A DNA stretch of 64,000 nucleotides from Selaginella moellendorffii (GCF_000143415.4 NW_003314316.1:186001-250000), one strand, 5' to 3'; shown: positions 36,920 to 49,463, counted from the first letter of the stretch. A program made the numbers and translations. Notes: generated by a model not told the origin, from the sequence alone.

Positions 36920-39900
36920 CTAAAACTCCTCAACTTCCACTGTATCAATGCGTGTCAATTATCAGCGTCAATCTGGTGTGTCACGGCTTACCGCCGGGAT
37001 TGGCATCCTGTTCTGTAAACTCTTCATTCGTTCGAGCCTGTATGGCATTCAGCTGCTCTTGGTTCATGTGACTCAGCTCCGCGGGAGACATGATTTTGAT
37101 GCACCGGACGCAGCTCACAAATTCCCTGCGGAAAAAGGAAGTGAGCCACCACCTTACATGGAGGACGATTTAATCGAAACTTACTCCCAAGGATCGTCGC
37201 CAACGAGCAAAACATCGTTTTCGTTGTCCACGAACACGAGCTGCCAGCCTGATCGGTGCGGGTCTTCAAGCTGTCCCTCAAGTCCAAACATTCGAGCCAG
37301 CTCACTTCTCAGCCCATCGTAACAGTTCAGACGTGTTAAGTCCAGAGACCTTCCGACAGAGCCTGTCTTATACACCTGTTCACAACGAGACCAGTAAGAT
37401 TTGTAAGCTCTGGAAAAAAAATCACAACAAAACTGGCACATTACCTTGGTGAATGTTCTCGGCAACATGTGCTGCGCGCTAGAACTTCTCTGTAAGTACG
37501 CAGGTTCTTCCAAGGTGCCGTTGTCTGAGCTCAAGTGGAGATCAGAAGCAGTCGAACTGAGAACTCGTTGCTGACCATCCTTCGATTTCGGCCCCTGGCT
37601 CGAAGGAGTAATGCATTCGGGCTCTATGCTGACCCCAAAGAGGAGATGACTCCTGGAATCTAGAGGCAACGTATCTTGCTCCTGCTGCTGCTGAGCATCC
37701 TTGAAAGTTAAACCGGCCGTTACACCTTGCTCAATGTCATTAATAGAGAACACGGCCCCACTGCCAGAGTATCCGTCCAAATGTCCGAACTGCAGTGGCT
37801 GTTCTGTAGGAAAATCCTTCTCTCCCACGTACCAGCCGTGAGTATCCTTGATTTGGATGGCTTCTTGCTCACCGCCTATGTTTCTTGCGTACTGTTGTTC
37901 CAGCATACTGCTCTGGTAAGATCTTCCATAGGAGCTCAAGGCAATATCACTGGAGTCCCCACGCTGCTTCAGGGATTGAGGCCCACTTGAGAGATGCAAT
38001 GCAGACTCGGACGATTGTTGCGAGAGTTGAACAACCTGCTGCTGCTGTTGCTGCTGCTGCTGATGCTGATGGCAGTTATACTCGTGAGCTTGTTGCTGTT
38101 GGGGTAACGCAGACAGTAGTTGCGTATGCTGCTGCTGCTGGCCTTTCATGTGAATCTGCTGCATGGGCAAACCTTTCGGCGTTTGCGAATGCGTTGCGTC
38201 TTGAACCCGGCTGCAGTCATCGGGACGAAAAAAGTCCGACCTCGCCCCTGACGCGGCAGAGTCCGGCCGTTGATGGAGCTGCATGAGTTGCTCCGAGTAC
38301 ATGTTCCATGACAGGTTCTTTTCCAAACCTTCGCTTTTGATCCATTTTCCTGCGTCCACAGCTTCAACTTCTCCTGAATGTGAAAACAAACATGAGTTAA
38401 AAGCCTCGAGTATCACGGGGCTTACTTGCTATTGGATTGGGCCCCAACGCCTGGGACCACGGCCTTTTGGATCGAAAAGTGAAAGACGGAGAACAGACGA
38501 GGTATGGTGTTGAAGCGGGTTCTATCTCCCAAAGGGATATGCGTTGCTGCTTTTCGCCAGCGGCAGGCTCGTCCCACTCAACCTGTGAGTACAAGTCAGG
38601 AAAGAAAAAAAAAATCTTTAAAGACCTTTAATGAGCGCCAATGAGAATTCGGCCATCGCACTGGATCCAGATCACCGGAACCAACAATCGTACCTGTGTG
38701 CCTAAAATCATCAAAACAAAAATTTGACACCTTCAAATAGGAAGCCCATTGTTTACCTTCGGATTCCAGACTCCTCAGTCTCGAATTGCATTCGAAACCT
38801 CATGCCTGGAGAGACTTGCATGTTGTTATATACTGCATTGTAGTACTTTGACAAAGGGATCACAAATTCTGATGGGCTAGCTCTGCAAGAAAAAAATCCG
38901 AATCATCTACTGCGAATGCGTAGTCGTCGTCACCTGGGATTGTAGAATATAGTAAATCGACTGCTCGTAGAATTCGCGTGCGCTGCGGCCGCAAGAATAC
39001 CAATATACATGCTATCAGTTGACAGCAGCGACAGTGGCATGGATGCTTGCTGCCGGTTTGCACGCCTTATTCCAAGAAGAAGTTGCCCCTTCTCGTCCCT
39101 GTGGACACTTGTCAGTTTCGCAGGACGAGAAGCAGAATTGCTAACCTTATGAAGAGAACAGCGTCGCCAGTTTGCAGGCGCTTGGCGCTGACAAAAACGC
39201 TCCATCCCGTCGTAAGAAGGTGCCGCCGTGGCTGGCCTGCAATGCCGGCACATAGCATTGCTTACACGGGATCCATGGCTAATGAAGAATACCTCGATAG
39301 ATGTGTCTGAAGCGCCATTCCGTGTCGTGTAAATCCCTCGCAACAATCTCCTGGGCCGGAGGTTGCTGGGAAAAGTCCTATAGCAGAAAGTTTACAAGTA
39401 AGCTCGTGACGACAGTTGAAATGCTACACATACCAGAGGGGGGAACACTTTCTCGGCGGCCCTACGAGGGATAGAAAACCCGCCGTGTGTACTTGTGTCA
39501 CTTGCTGTCAGCGTTTTACAAAAATACTCCGACGGCTGCCGGTTCTGTCTGCCCAAGTCAGACACCATGAACGAATCCTTCTCTTGCTACAAAACCATGC
39601 GAGCGAGAAATAAAAAAATGAGTAACAATGATCCGGAACAGTAAACTCGAGACAACTTACAGCATTCATAGGCTGAAGAGTCATCTGGGCATACACTTCA
39701 TCCGTCTCGGTATCAGCCTGCGTATGAGAAGAGTGTACGAGAGACCCTTAGAGCTCACTCACTCGCTCGCAAAGAACTAGAACTTACATGGAGAGTGATG
39801 TTGTGGAGTTGACAAACGAGATGGGGCGGAAGATTGGGATAGCTAGGAATGTCGGCATCGGCCTCCTTCTGGGTCGAGGCAGCCACCTTGAAGAGAAGGA

Positions 39901-40154
39901 GAACCTTGGAATCAGTCTTAAGCTCTCCGGTGGAGGAAGAATCCCGCTTACCTGTTCGCTGTGGCCTTGGGGGAAGTAGACCACTCGAGTCCCAACAGAG
40001 GGCAGAGAGACGAGCGGCCCAGCACAGGCATGCCAAAGCTCCGGATTTGGACCTCGTTTCACACCTGGAGTGAAGCATTGCGGCTTAGAGCTCTGATACA
40101 CTCCTAGCTCCGCTAACATTGAAATCCGGCCGAAATGTCATCCTTACCTTCCAT
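36920..40154 (-). CDS. Class A auxin response factor (ARF6/8-like: B3 DBD, Q-rich middle region, PB1 domain)
   Basis: [14 protein letters not shown]...[37 protein letters not shown], poly-Q region, [44 protein letters not shown]. 7-nt first coding exon ATGGAAG at 40154-40148; stop TAG at 36922-36920. Confidence 0.93.
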
Positions 40155-40188
40155 TGCCACTCGCGATGCGCAGCGCCGGGCAGGAGAA

Positions 40189-40393
40189 TCACCTCACCGC
40201 GCTTCTCATCCCGCGCATTCTCACTCGGCGCGGCGCCGCGGCCAAACCCCTGCCTCTAGATCACCCCCACACCGCTCCACATTGCCACAATGCTTCCAAA
40301 GCCACCAGATCCGAGACGATCACTCGAAGCAGCCGCTCAAAGAGACCCTAGCAGCGCCCTCGCGGCTCCAAGGAGCCAAGAAATCTGCCACAT
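40189..40393 (-). promoter_or_regulatory. Three uORFs upstream of the ARF start (40393-40337, 40282-40256, 40218-40189)
   Basis: ATG-stop frames MWQISWLLGAARALLGSL*, MWSGVGVI* and MRGMRSAVR*. TSS unknown. Confidence 0.5.
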
Positions 40394-42124
40394 TGAGGAG
40401 CTATGGAGCTACGCCGCCGGCCTATGCGCAATACGAACCTCGTCCAGCCAAATGCAGCGAGACCTAACTAGCGAACACGAAAACGCCACCAATTGTAGCG
40501 GTCCGCCAAATTTTGGCTTAGCGGTTCCCCATGGCAGTACGCTGTCTTTGGAGCATGGCCTGGGCATCACCCCTGTGTGTCTGGGCACATATATGTCATT
40601 CCACGTACCGGTCTTTGTCCGAGGGATTCTTCTAATGTCCGCCAGTTTACAACCCCACAGCGTTAATAGACCCATCGGTCCATTGCGTCTTGCTGGCGTG
40701 GTCGGGCAAACGCCGTCGGATGCGCTGGAATTTGGTCCCTGAGATCCCCCGCGAGAAACGTTGTAATCATTAATGGTCCCACGCACATGGTTCCAGACGT
40801 GGACGTGGCGACATAGCAGCCGTGAGATGCCATCGCGTCCCTAGTTTTGGTATCCCCCTCCGTTGGATTCATAAGGGCGGGATTCCGAAAATGGACGGAC
40901 ACGACGGAACGGACCCCAGTGTGCCATATGCCCCATCCGCGCCATACCGGAGCCGCCGGTCCGTACCGGTCCATGGATAAGCTTTGAATGAATGAATGCT
41001 GGCACACACATACATACCCCTTTCTTTTTCAGAGGAACCATGGCATCCATAAGCTTTCAGGAATCGATTAAAAATTCGGTGTAAAGTATTTAGCTCCAAG
41101 GTTGTAGACGACGAATAAACAAAAGGATGGCCTAGGGCACGAGTGCCTATGTTAAACACGGCGAAAATGGAAATCAGACGTAAGCATGAGAGGGAGATAT
41201 CGACGTTTTTTCTGTATTCTTGTCCACTGAAAAGAAAAAGCTCTGTGGGTGTCTGATTTGACATGACATGGCTTTACTTTAGGTTAGCACAGCAGCGCAT
41301 GCCCCATCTTATCCCAAGCACCAATCGTATAATACGGCCGCCGGGGACATTTCTTTTTACGTGAATCGATTCCATGATCATTGACAAAATGGATTATTGC
41401 CTTCCATAGTGCGATTAATATTTTAAACGCCAAGCACATTAGTGATGTTGTTTGATCACAGATGGAGGTTTTCTCCCACCATAATGGAGCCCGAAAATTC
41501 CGCGAAGCCCGGCCGTGACCTATTCTCTTTTGTGGCCACGACGAGTGGAGGAATCCCCTCTCGCGCCCCTTTAAACAAGTAAGCCTTTTAACTTTACTAC
41601 CAAGTGAATCAAGCGAGATCAGATCCGCGGCTGTGCATTGCATTGCGCCCAAAAAGCGCAACACTTGTCAGCCCTGGGGAAGAATTTTGAAATCTTCAGC
41701 ACGGAGAATGCGACACCCAAACAAACGAAGATGCCGGAGAATATACTGCTAGCTTGCCCTAACTCCAGGAACAGGGGGGCATCTTTTTTGGCGTTGTGAC
41801 AGCAATCCCTGCCGCCAGTTTGTGGCCGGCTGCCGACACGTGGCTAGATCCAGGGCCGCGAGCTTGCGCGTTTCTTTGCTCGTCACCTAGTGGGAGCTAT
41901 TTCCCCCTGTTGCTTGTCGGATGTGTGGGTTTATAGGTGAAATTTTTGTTTGTAGGGCTGCTAGTTTGTCGCATCGACCGATCGATCATTTGCAAAATGG
42001 GGGAACCAATCGATCCATTCGAGATTTTTGACTACTCTACGTTAGGTGGCTGATCGCTTTCATGTGAGCTATATTCCGGTACGGTGTTCTAAAAAACTCA
42101 AGGATCTGGAGACATTTTTTCCGG

Positions 42125-43711
42125 ATGGATCGGCTGCTAGTGATTGATCCAAAGGAGCTCGTCTTTGATTTCGAGATTGGGCAGCGATGCAGCAGCTTCG
42201 TGATTCTCAAGAATGTCATGTTCACGATGCCGGTGGCGTTCAAGATCACCGCGCCGTCCAATGCCGGGGTGGCCAATTCCAAGAAGTACACGATGAAGCC
42301 ATCGCAGGGGATCATCCCTCCCGCCGGGAGGGCCACCGTCGAGATCATCCTCAACCCCCAGCAATCCCTTCCGGACGAATTCCCAAACTCGCTCGACAAT
42401 TTCGTCGTCAAGAGCTTGGTGGTTCCCGGCGGGAATCAACACAACAGCGTCTCCAACGAGTGGTTTGAATCCAAGAAGAACTTCGTCTACGCCGACGCTG
42501 GATTGAAAGCCTTCTTCAAAGGATCGGCCATCGTCTCCGCTTTGGTTGCCTCTCCGGATTCGACGATGGAAGACGTGCGAGAAGTCCTGGAACGGGGCGT
42601 GGACTTGAACAAGCCCGGATCCAGCGGCCCGGATCGATCCCCGCTCCACGTCGCCATAGCTAGCGGACGGCCCGAGATGGTCCAGCTCCTTCTCGAGTTT
42701 GGCGCGAATGTTGAGGTCCGGGACAGGTTCGGCAAAACACCGATGCACGAGGCTGCTGCCGCGGGACAGACGCTAGCCATGGAGCTCCTTCTCGCAAACG
42801 GAGCAAACACAGAGGCCCGGACGGAATCCGTCGGATGGACAGCACTCCACTTCGCCACGTACGCACATCATTTGGACGCGGTTCGAATCCTCTTGGCGAA
42901 GGGCGCGGATGTCAACAGCACCGCCGGGCCGGAGGAGCGTACCGCGCTGCACATTGCTACCGCCGGCGGTGCACAGCGTTGCTTGAAGCAACTGCTCGAG
43001 CATGGTGCCAATCCTAACGCCGTTACCGCCACTGGGCAGACGGCGCTCCACATCGCGGCGGGCCAGGCCGACGTGGCGGCATCTCGGCTGCTGATCCAAC
43101 ATGGCGCCTGGCGGAATGTGCGGGATTTGAATGGGCATATTCCGTTTGACGCCGCTGTGGAGGCGGGAGCTGATAAAAGCTTGCTCGATCTGCTCAAGCT
43201 CGGCGATGATCTCCGGCGCGCAGCCAGGAGGGGCGATCTCAAATCTGTGAGGGTTTGTCTTAAGCAGGGCGCCGATCCAAACGGGAGGGATGAGAATGGA
43301 TGGACCGCGCTCCACTGCGCGGCATTCAAGGGGAGTTTGGAAGTGGTGAGGCTCTTGATCGACAGGAATGTCGATGTGAATTGCGAGGATTGCGAGGGAT
43401 ACTCGCCGCTCCACTGCGCGGTGGAGATGGGGCACAGCGAGATCGTCCAGGTTTTGATGAGGAGAGGGGCGGATGTGAATGCCAAGATCAAGAAAGGGTG
43501 TTGTGCGGTCAAGATTGGGAGCTTGATGGGCGAGGATGGAATCGTGGGATTGCTGCTGGACGGCGGCGCCAGGGACGCGAGATCGTTGGTTAGTAGCGTC
43601 TCCACAATAAATTTGGGGAAAATCCGCGGTAGCGATGATTCGTCTCTCAAAAAGAAGAAGAATGGCGAGAGGTTTCCAAGATCCAGGACATTGAGCTGCG
43701 AAGCCTATTGA
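42125..43711 (+). CDS. VPY: VAPYRIN / VAPYRIN-like (MSP/VAP domain plus ankyrin repeats)
   Basis: N-terminus MDRLL..DP.EL...GQRCS....LKNVMFTMPVAFKI...KPSQGIIPP...PDEFPNSLDNF (MSP), followed by ~9 ankyrin repeats (SPLHVA, TPMHEAA, TALHFA, TALHIA, TALHCAAFKG, SPLHCAVEMGH). Confidence 0.85.
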   Translation: MDRLLVIDPKELVFDFEIGQRCSSFVILKNVMFTMPVAFKITAPSNAGVANSKKYTMKPSQGIIPPAGRATVEIILNPQQSLPDEFPNSLDNFVVKSLVVPGGNQHNSVSNEWFESKKNFVYADAGLKAFFKGSAIVSALVASPDSTMEDVREVLERGVDLNKPGSSGPDRSPLHVAIASGRPEMVQLLLEFGANVEVRDRFGKTPMHEAAAAGQTLAMELLLANGANTEARTESVGWTALHFATYAHHLDAVRILLAKGADVNSTAGPEERTALHIATAGGAQRCLKQLLEHGANPNAVTATGQTALHIAAGQADVAASRLLIQHGAWRNVRDLNGHIPFDAAVEAGADKSLLDLLKLGDDLRRAARRGDLKSVRVCLKQGADPNGRDENGWTALHCAAFKGSLEVVRLLIDRNVDVNCEDCEGYSPLHCAVEMGHSEIVQVLMRRGADVNAKIKKGCCAVKIGSLMGEDGIVGLLLDGGARDARSLVSSVSTINLGKIRGSDDSSLKKKKNGERFPRSRTLSCEAY

Positions 43712-43932
43712 TCCCGGACAACATTCTTTTGTAATCAAAATTGAAAAAGGAAAAAAGAAAAGCTTTGATTGGTTAAAGGTCGCATTCTTGTATAGATTCC
43801 ATCGAATTAAATAAAGGAAAACTGAAGAGTTTTGATTGGCTAAAGGTTGGCGGAGTTTACCATCAAATTAAAAAAGAAGTTTTGATTGGCCATAGTTCGG
43901 CGGCTACGAGGCATATGCTTCTTCCATTGGCC

Positions 43933-44005
43933 GGGGACGGAGCTCAATTGGTAGAGCATTCGCCTTGCACGCGAAAGGTACGGGGTTCGATACCCCGCGC
44001 CTCCA
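43933..44005 (+). tRNA. tRNA-Ala(UGC), with non-canonical U8>G and an A5-C68 mismatch
   Basis: Cloverleaf GGGGACGGAGCTCAATTGGTAGAGC...TTGCACG...GGTTCGATACC...CGCCTCCA; G3:U70 Ala identity pair; TTTT immediately downstream. Confidence 0.85.
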
Positions 44006-44042
44006 TTTTATTATTCTATTTAAACGCCCCATATATCGTTTT

Positions 44043-44717
44043 TTACTCGGAGTGCTTCTTCGATGGCTTTTGGACGATGAAGCTGATGCACTGGACTTGC
44101 CTGATGTTGTCAAATCCAAGAACCCTAATGTAGGCATTGGGATACATAGATTTGCACTCCTCGATTTCCCTTAAAACTTGAGCTGGATCACTGCAGCCAA
44201 ACATTGGGAGCTTCCAAAGAGTCCAGTAGCGACCGTCGTAGTAACCAGGTTCTCGCGAGTTCTCACGGCTAATCGCCCCAACCTTATTAGATCAAGAAAC
44301 CCGTCAGGAACTCCCGAAGATAAAAGTAAACTTGAGAACATTACGTGATCGAATTCGAGGCAGGGAATCCAGTTCTTGCTCAGCATGTAGTCGATCTCTC
44401 TGGCAACGTTGTCGGGTGACAAAGGGGGCAAATACGAGAGCGTTTCGAACCGGGAATTGGAGAGCGGGCAAACAATCTTGCAAGATTTGCGCTCTGGATT
44501 TGAGAGGATTAAAAACGATATATAATCTTACCTGCATGCAATTCACGCGGCTGCCACTCGAAACCCTGGATGTCTTTGCGATCAAATTTCGGAAAGCTCT
44601 TGTTGCTCCCTTGAGCGGCCATAGGAACGACGATCTTGGCGAAGATCTAGATGTTGATCTGGGATGATCCCACACGCCACCGGGAAATCGCAAGAACACA
44701 CTCGCAGCGGCTGCCAT
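44043..44717 (-). CDS. rbcS: Rubisco small subunit, divergent (T-type-like), 3 exons
   Basis: Transit peptide ...RVNCMQ | [44 protein letters not shown] | [30 protein letters not shown]...[27 protein letters not shown]. Confidence 0.92.
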
Positions 44718-44871
44718 AAGATCGTCAATCACTCTCGCCGGTGATTAAATATCCGGGTATCGCACGAAAATAATACTCGTTGCGAAAGCTGCCTACTTTT
44801 GTCACTACCTCGATATTGCATGTGCGAGGTGGCAAAATTTAAGAAAACTAGGGTATAGTATGATTCCTTCT

Positions 44872-44951
44872 TGTTGACAGTGGGGTTCGAACCCACGCCC
44901 TATCGGACCAGAACCTTAATCTGGCGCCTTAGACCACTCGGCCATGTCAAC
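44872..44951 (-). tRNA. tRNA-Leu(AAG)
   Basis: Reverse complement GTTGACATGGCCGAGTGGTCTAAGGCGCCAGATTAAGGTTCTGGTCCGATAGGGCGTGGGTTCGAACCCCACTGTCAACA: perfect acceptor stem, long variable arm, A and B boxes. Confidence 0.95.
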
Positions 44952-45602
44952 CGCGATGATACGTGGAAATCTTTTTGACTCCACACCACATTTGCTACAT
45001 TTGAAGCTTCGCAACTTACCTTTATCTTTGTGATCATCCCATCATAGTTTTGATTCCATGAAACTTCAGCGCTAGATAGTTCTTAAAACCTTTTGGCTAG
45101 TGGGAATCGCCCGGACCCGACTGGAACAACTCTTTGACTCTTTCAGATTGGCTTTGAAATTCCTGCGAGAGGAGATAGATTTGGTATTCTTCAAAGATGG
45201 AACTAACAGCACATTTTCATCATCCAAGACGTGTCTCCAGATCTTTCCATGGGACCACTGCCCTTTTAGGGCAGGCATGTAACCTCAAATTCCCGTGCCG
45301 TAAACAACCACACAGGGGCGGGTGTACGGCATTTGACAACGTTGGTTTCGTACACGGCGGTACTTGGTAGTCGGTGGCTGTACACGTCAGCTTACTGCCT
45401 ACACGTTGTCGCACTGGCAGCCGCTGGATTGACACACACGGTGGGTCGCCGCCGTCGATCTTAGGGAAGCTCGTTGAGGGTTTCCGGGCATTTAAAGGGG
45501 CAGGAGCGGTCTCCATCGATCGATCGTAGCATCTCGATCCAAACGAGTGGGATGCGTGTAAGCCTGTGAGGGTTGTGGATCGATCGATCAGTGCGGTCGA
45601 TC

Positions 45603-48225
45603 ATGGATTCTCTGCTCGGCAAGTCGATTCTTGCGGCATTTCCTCGATCGCGATCGCAGGCGCTGGCGGATGCCGCCCCTCGGCCTTGCGCGGCGAAGGT
45701 GAGCAATGGCCAGCAGCCGGCATCGACGTCGTCCAGTGCTACGAATTCTGGAACGCTGCCGCTTCCGCCACGGTCTTCGCTCCCCGGCCCGTTGAAATTT
45801 CTATGGTTTTCCAAGAATCAGGGTGAAATCTCGCCCAGCGATCCATTCTCGGTTCCCGAATCGCTGGAGACCAGCAATGCGAGCGGCGAGCTGCTGGTGG
45901 GATCGGACGCTGCCGACGAAGAAGTGATCGATCCAAACGGTAGGTCTTGGGCTCAGAATATTTGGGGATTGCGGGCTTTGATGGGGAGAAGCTCCATCGC
46001 GCAAGAAGAATCTGGAAGCGTGATGGTTGAGGACGACACCGCCATTCCACCGCCATCGTTACCGCCAAGGCAAGGTATTCCAGAATCCGAAAGTGGAAAT
46101 TTAGAGGAAGAGAGAGCAGGGGCTCAATCGTGTCTGGAATGCGAGGTGGATGGCTGCTCGATTGAAAGCTCTTCGATGCTGGAAGTTTCTCACGTCCAAG
46201 TCTCTCACACCAGGGAATCCTTCTCCAAATTTTTGCAACCGGTGTCCTTGCGAGAGGCCAGAGTGATCGCTCGAATGTCACACCTTTGCAACCTTGCGTA
46301 TAGAGTCGGCGACATCGAGGTACGAAACTCTCGCTAGATTTTCTTTCTTCTCTTTTGTCTTTTCTATCGCCAACTAACTTGTGCCGCGTGCTCTTTCGTT
46401 CCAGCCCAGTAATTTACTTCACACCCACGGCTTGGAATTTATAACTTCGTCTTTGGTCAAGAAAGAGCAAGCGCTGTCCAAAGAGCGAGCTTCTTCAGTT
46501 TCTTCCAATGAAAACGAAGAAAGCGATGGAGGGTCCCCTCGTATTGGGCAGAGGTTTTCCATATCTCCAGCCTCGGCGTATTCAGTGGCGTCGGCTGTAG
46601 CATCTTACCTTCACTCTCAGACAACGTCGCTCCTCCGCCATAGAAAAAAAGTTAACGAGGCAGCTGGAGATGCACTTAAAGATCAGAGATTTGGAGCTGT
46701 GAATGGGGACGGGCAGGAGGAGGCGGCGGATTATGAGTCGTCAGAGATGGCTACTTTAATCGCCTCCTCGCCTGTGACTGCGGTGGTGGCTGCCAAAGAG
46801 GGCACAAAGGATGCAGTGGCCAAAGACTTGCAGTCCCTGCACAACTGCCCGTGTGAGTGGTACTGCTGCGACGACAGGAAGAGCTCCACGCGACACTTTG
46901 TTATTCAGGTAATCCGCTTTTGATTTGCGCTAACAGGAGTTTTAGCTGGCATGTCTTCAATCTCCAGGGATCCGAATCGCTGGCGTCCTGGCAAGCCAAT
47001 TTGTTATTCGAGCCGACGCACTTCGAGGTCAGCTAACTCCATTTTCTATGTGTGGAGGGTGGTGTTTTATTATTCTTTCGTTTGTGGACAGGATAGTAGC
47101 CTTGGTGTCTTCGTTCACAGGGGTATTTACGAAGCAGCGAAGGGACTTTATGAGCAGTTGCTGCCTTGCGTCCTCGAGCATCTACGCTTGCATGGGGACC
47201 AAGCACGGCTTTGCTTTACAGGGCACTCTTTAGGAGGCAGCCTTGCTACGCTCGTGTCCCTAATGCTCCGGATTCGGGGGGTGGTGCAACGAGAAGCGTT
47301 GTTGCCTGTCTTGACTTTCGGCTCGCCATGCATCCTGTGTGGCGGCGATTACCTCCTCGACAAGCTGGGCCTACCAAAAGATCACATTCGCTCAGTCATG
47401 CTACACCGCGACATTGTTCCCAGGACTTTTGCGTGTAACTATCCCGATCACGTCGCGGAGATTCTCAAGAGATTAAACGGCAACTTTCGGGATCACCCGT
47501 GCCTCAACAACCAGGTAAGAAAACTTTTTTCTTCCTCGACATCTTTCTAGTCACACTCAATACTGAACTTTGCGATGACACAGAAATTACTTTACGCGCC
47601 AATGGGCCAGTTTATACTCTTGCAACCCAGCGAGGACGTTGCCCCGCCGCATCCACTGCTACCGCCGGGTCTAGGACTTTACGTGATGAGGCATCCGGGG
47701 GAAGGGAACTGTAGCAGCAAGGTAGAGTTTAGAGCAGCGCAGCGGGCCTTTCTCAACTCGCCACACCCGCTGGAGATCTTGAGCGACCCGGGTGCTTACG
47801 GCTCCGACGGGGCGATCTGCAGGGACCATGATCCACGGAGCTACATGAAGTGTATCACGGGCGCAGTGCGGCAGGAAGCCAAGAGGAGTAGACGATTGAA
47901 GCGGCAGCAGCGGCGGGGACTTTGGTGGCCTCTTATCACGGCGGAGTTGTCATCCATGTTTAGAGACGGTGGTGGTGGTGGTGGTGGTGGTGGACAGGAT
48001 AGAACTTTTTTAGTTCCAGGAACCACAACAGCAGGAAGAGGGGCAGTGGTTCTTTCCGGATCGTCGGCGCCGGGGCCAAGTGTGGTGGCGGCGGAGAGAT
48101 TCTACGCGGGTGTTGTTCGTGGGATCCACGAGCACAGGAGGCAGGGTCAGGTGGTTCTTCTATTCTTTTTCTCGGTGAAGCTGGCGCTCATGCAAGGCTT
48201 TGCTGCGTTCTTCGCTTGGGGGTAG
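45603..48225 (+). CDS. Class 3 lipase / phospholipase A1, PLIP-like
   Basis: [12 protein letters not shown]...[19 protein letters not shown]...[80 protein letters not shown]. Confidence 0.9.
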
Positions 48226-49463
48226 TCGAGGTCGAGGACTCCAGGAAGAACAGAGGAAGTGTCATCTTTTTGGATTGGAAGAAATCCAATCGCCGGGGAT
48301 AGAACTTCTCATTTAGAAGAAATCCAATCCCTTGGGGATAGAAACTTTGAGGAGGACATTTTTTGTACAAACATTGGGGTGTAAATATTACTGTCGGCAT
48401 CGATTTATTCTATTTATCTCGTTACCTGAAATAGCGAAGAACACGGCACGCAAGTGTATAAAAGTTGGGGAGTGTGTCCAAGCTAGTAGTTGCTGTCGTG
48501 CAGCTTTTGGGATACATTTCTTCGGACGTGAGCATCGCAATGCAATGCGGCGAAGGACACGTGGACATTAAAAAAACAATTTTATTTATTTGTGTTTAGA
48601 AAAACCACATGACGAAGAAGACAAGGACCATGGACAAATAGATAATGTTCCCGTACAAAATCTCCTCGTGTTTTTCCCATTTGATCTCTCTTTTGGGGAT
48701 TTTTAGCTTTAAATTCTAGTGGAATGGGATGGTGGCTCTGTCAACCACCAGCAGCTGCAGAATGGAAAAAAAAAGCTTCTTTTAGTCCATCAGGATCAGC
48801 AAAAAAGAAAAGAGAGTGATCGATCGATCGAGCGATCAATCGCGCAAGTCGTATAGAGCATGAACGTAGTAGAGAATAGATTGATTCGTAAGTTACTATA
48901 CAGTCATGTTATAAAAGTGGAAGCAACGCAGGAGACGAGGGAGAGAGCTATACAAAAAAAATCCACTCACTGCCTTTCTTTACTTCATCTTCTCTCGATC
49001 CCGGAGCTAAAAAAGAGAGGGAGGAGAAAAACAAAGGAGAAAACAAAGCTGACGAACATGGAGGCACAAGCCGCGATGAGAGAGAGAGAGAGAGATAAGA
49101 AAGATGGAAATGGAGGGAGACTCGCGAAAAAAAGGATATAATACATTACCACCACCGCCGCGCCGCCACCGTCGTCGCATCGACCACCACCACCATCGCC
49201 GCCTCCACAAAGTAAAGCTTGTTCTCGTCTCTTCTTCGTTGGCTCCGTGTCTCACTTCCAAGTGCTCTAAAAACTCTGCTGCTTCTGCTCTCGTCACTGT
49301 GATGAAGATGAACTGAGGAAAACTCCTGCTGCTCTGCCGGTTGATGAAACTCTCACTTCTCTTTTCTTTTTTTATGTCTGTCGGTCGAAGAAATCCTCCC
49401 CTCTCTGCCGTGCGACCGGGAGGAACTTTTCCCTTTCTTTTCTCCTTGTTTGCTCGTCTTGAA

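Noticed and set aside
48860-49316. ORFs with poly-Arg/His/Trp downstream of PYL
   Set aside because: Simple-sequence-rich 3' UTR or intergenic DNA
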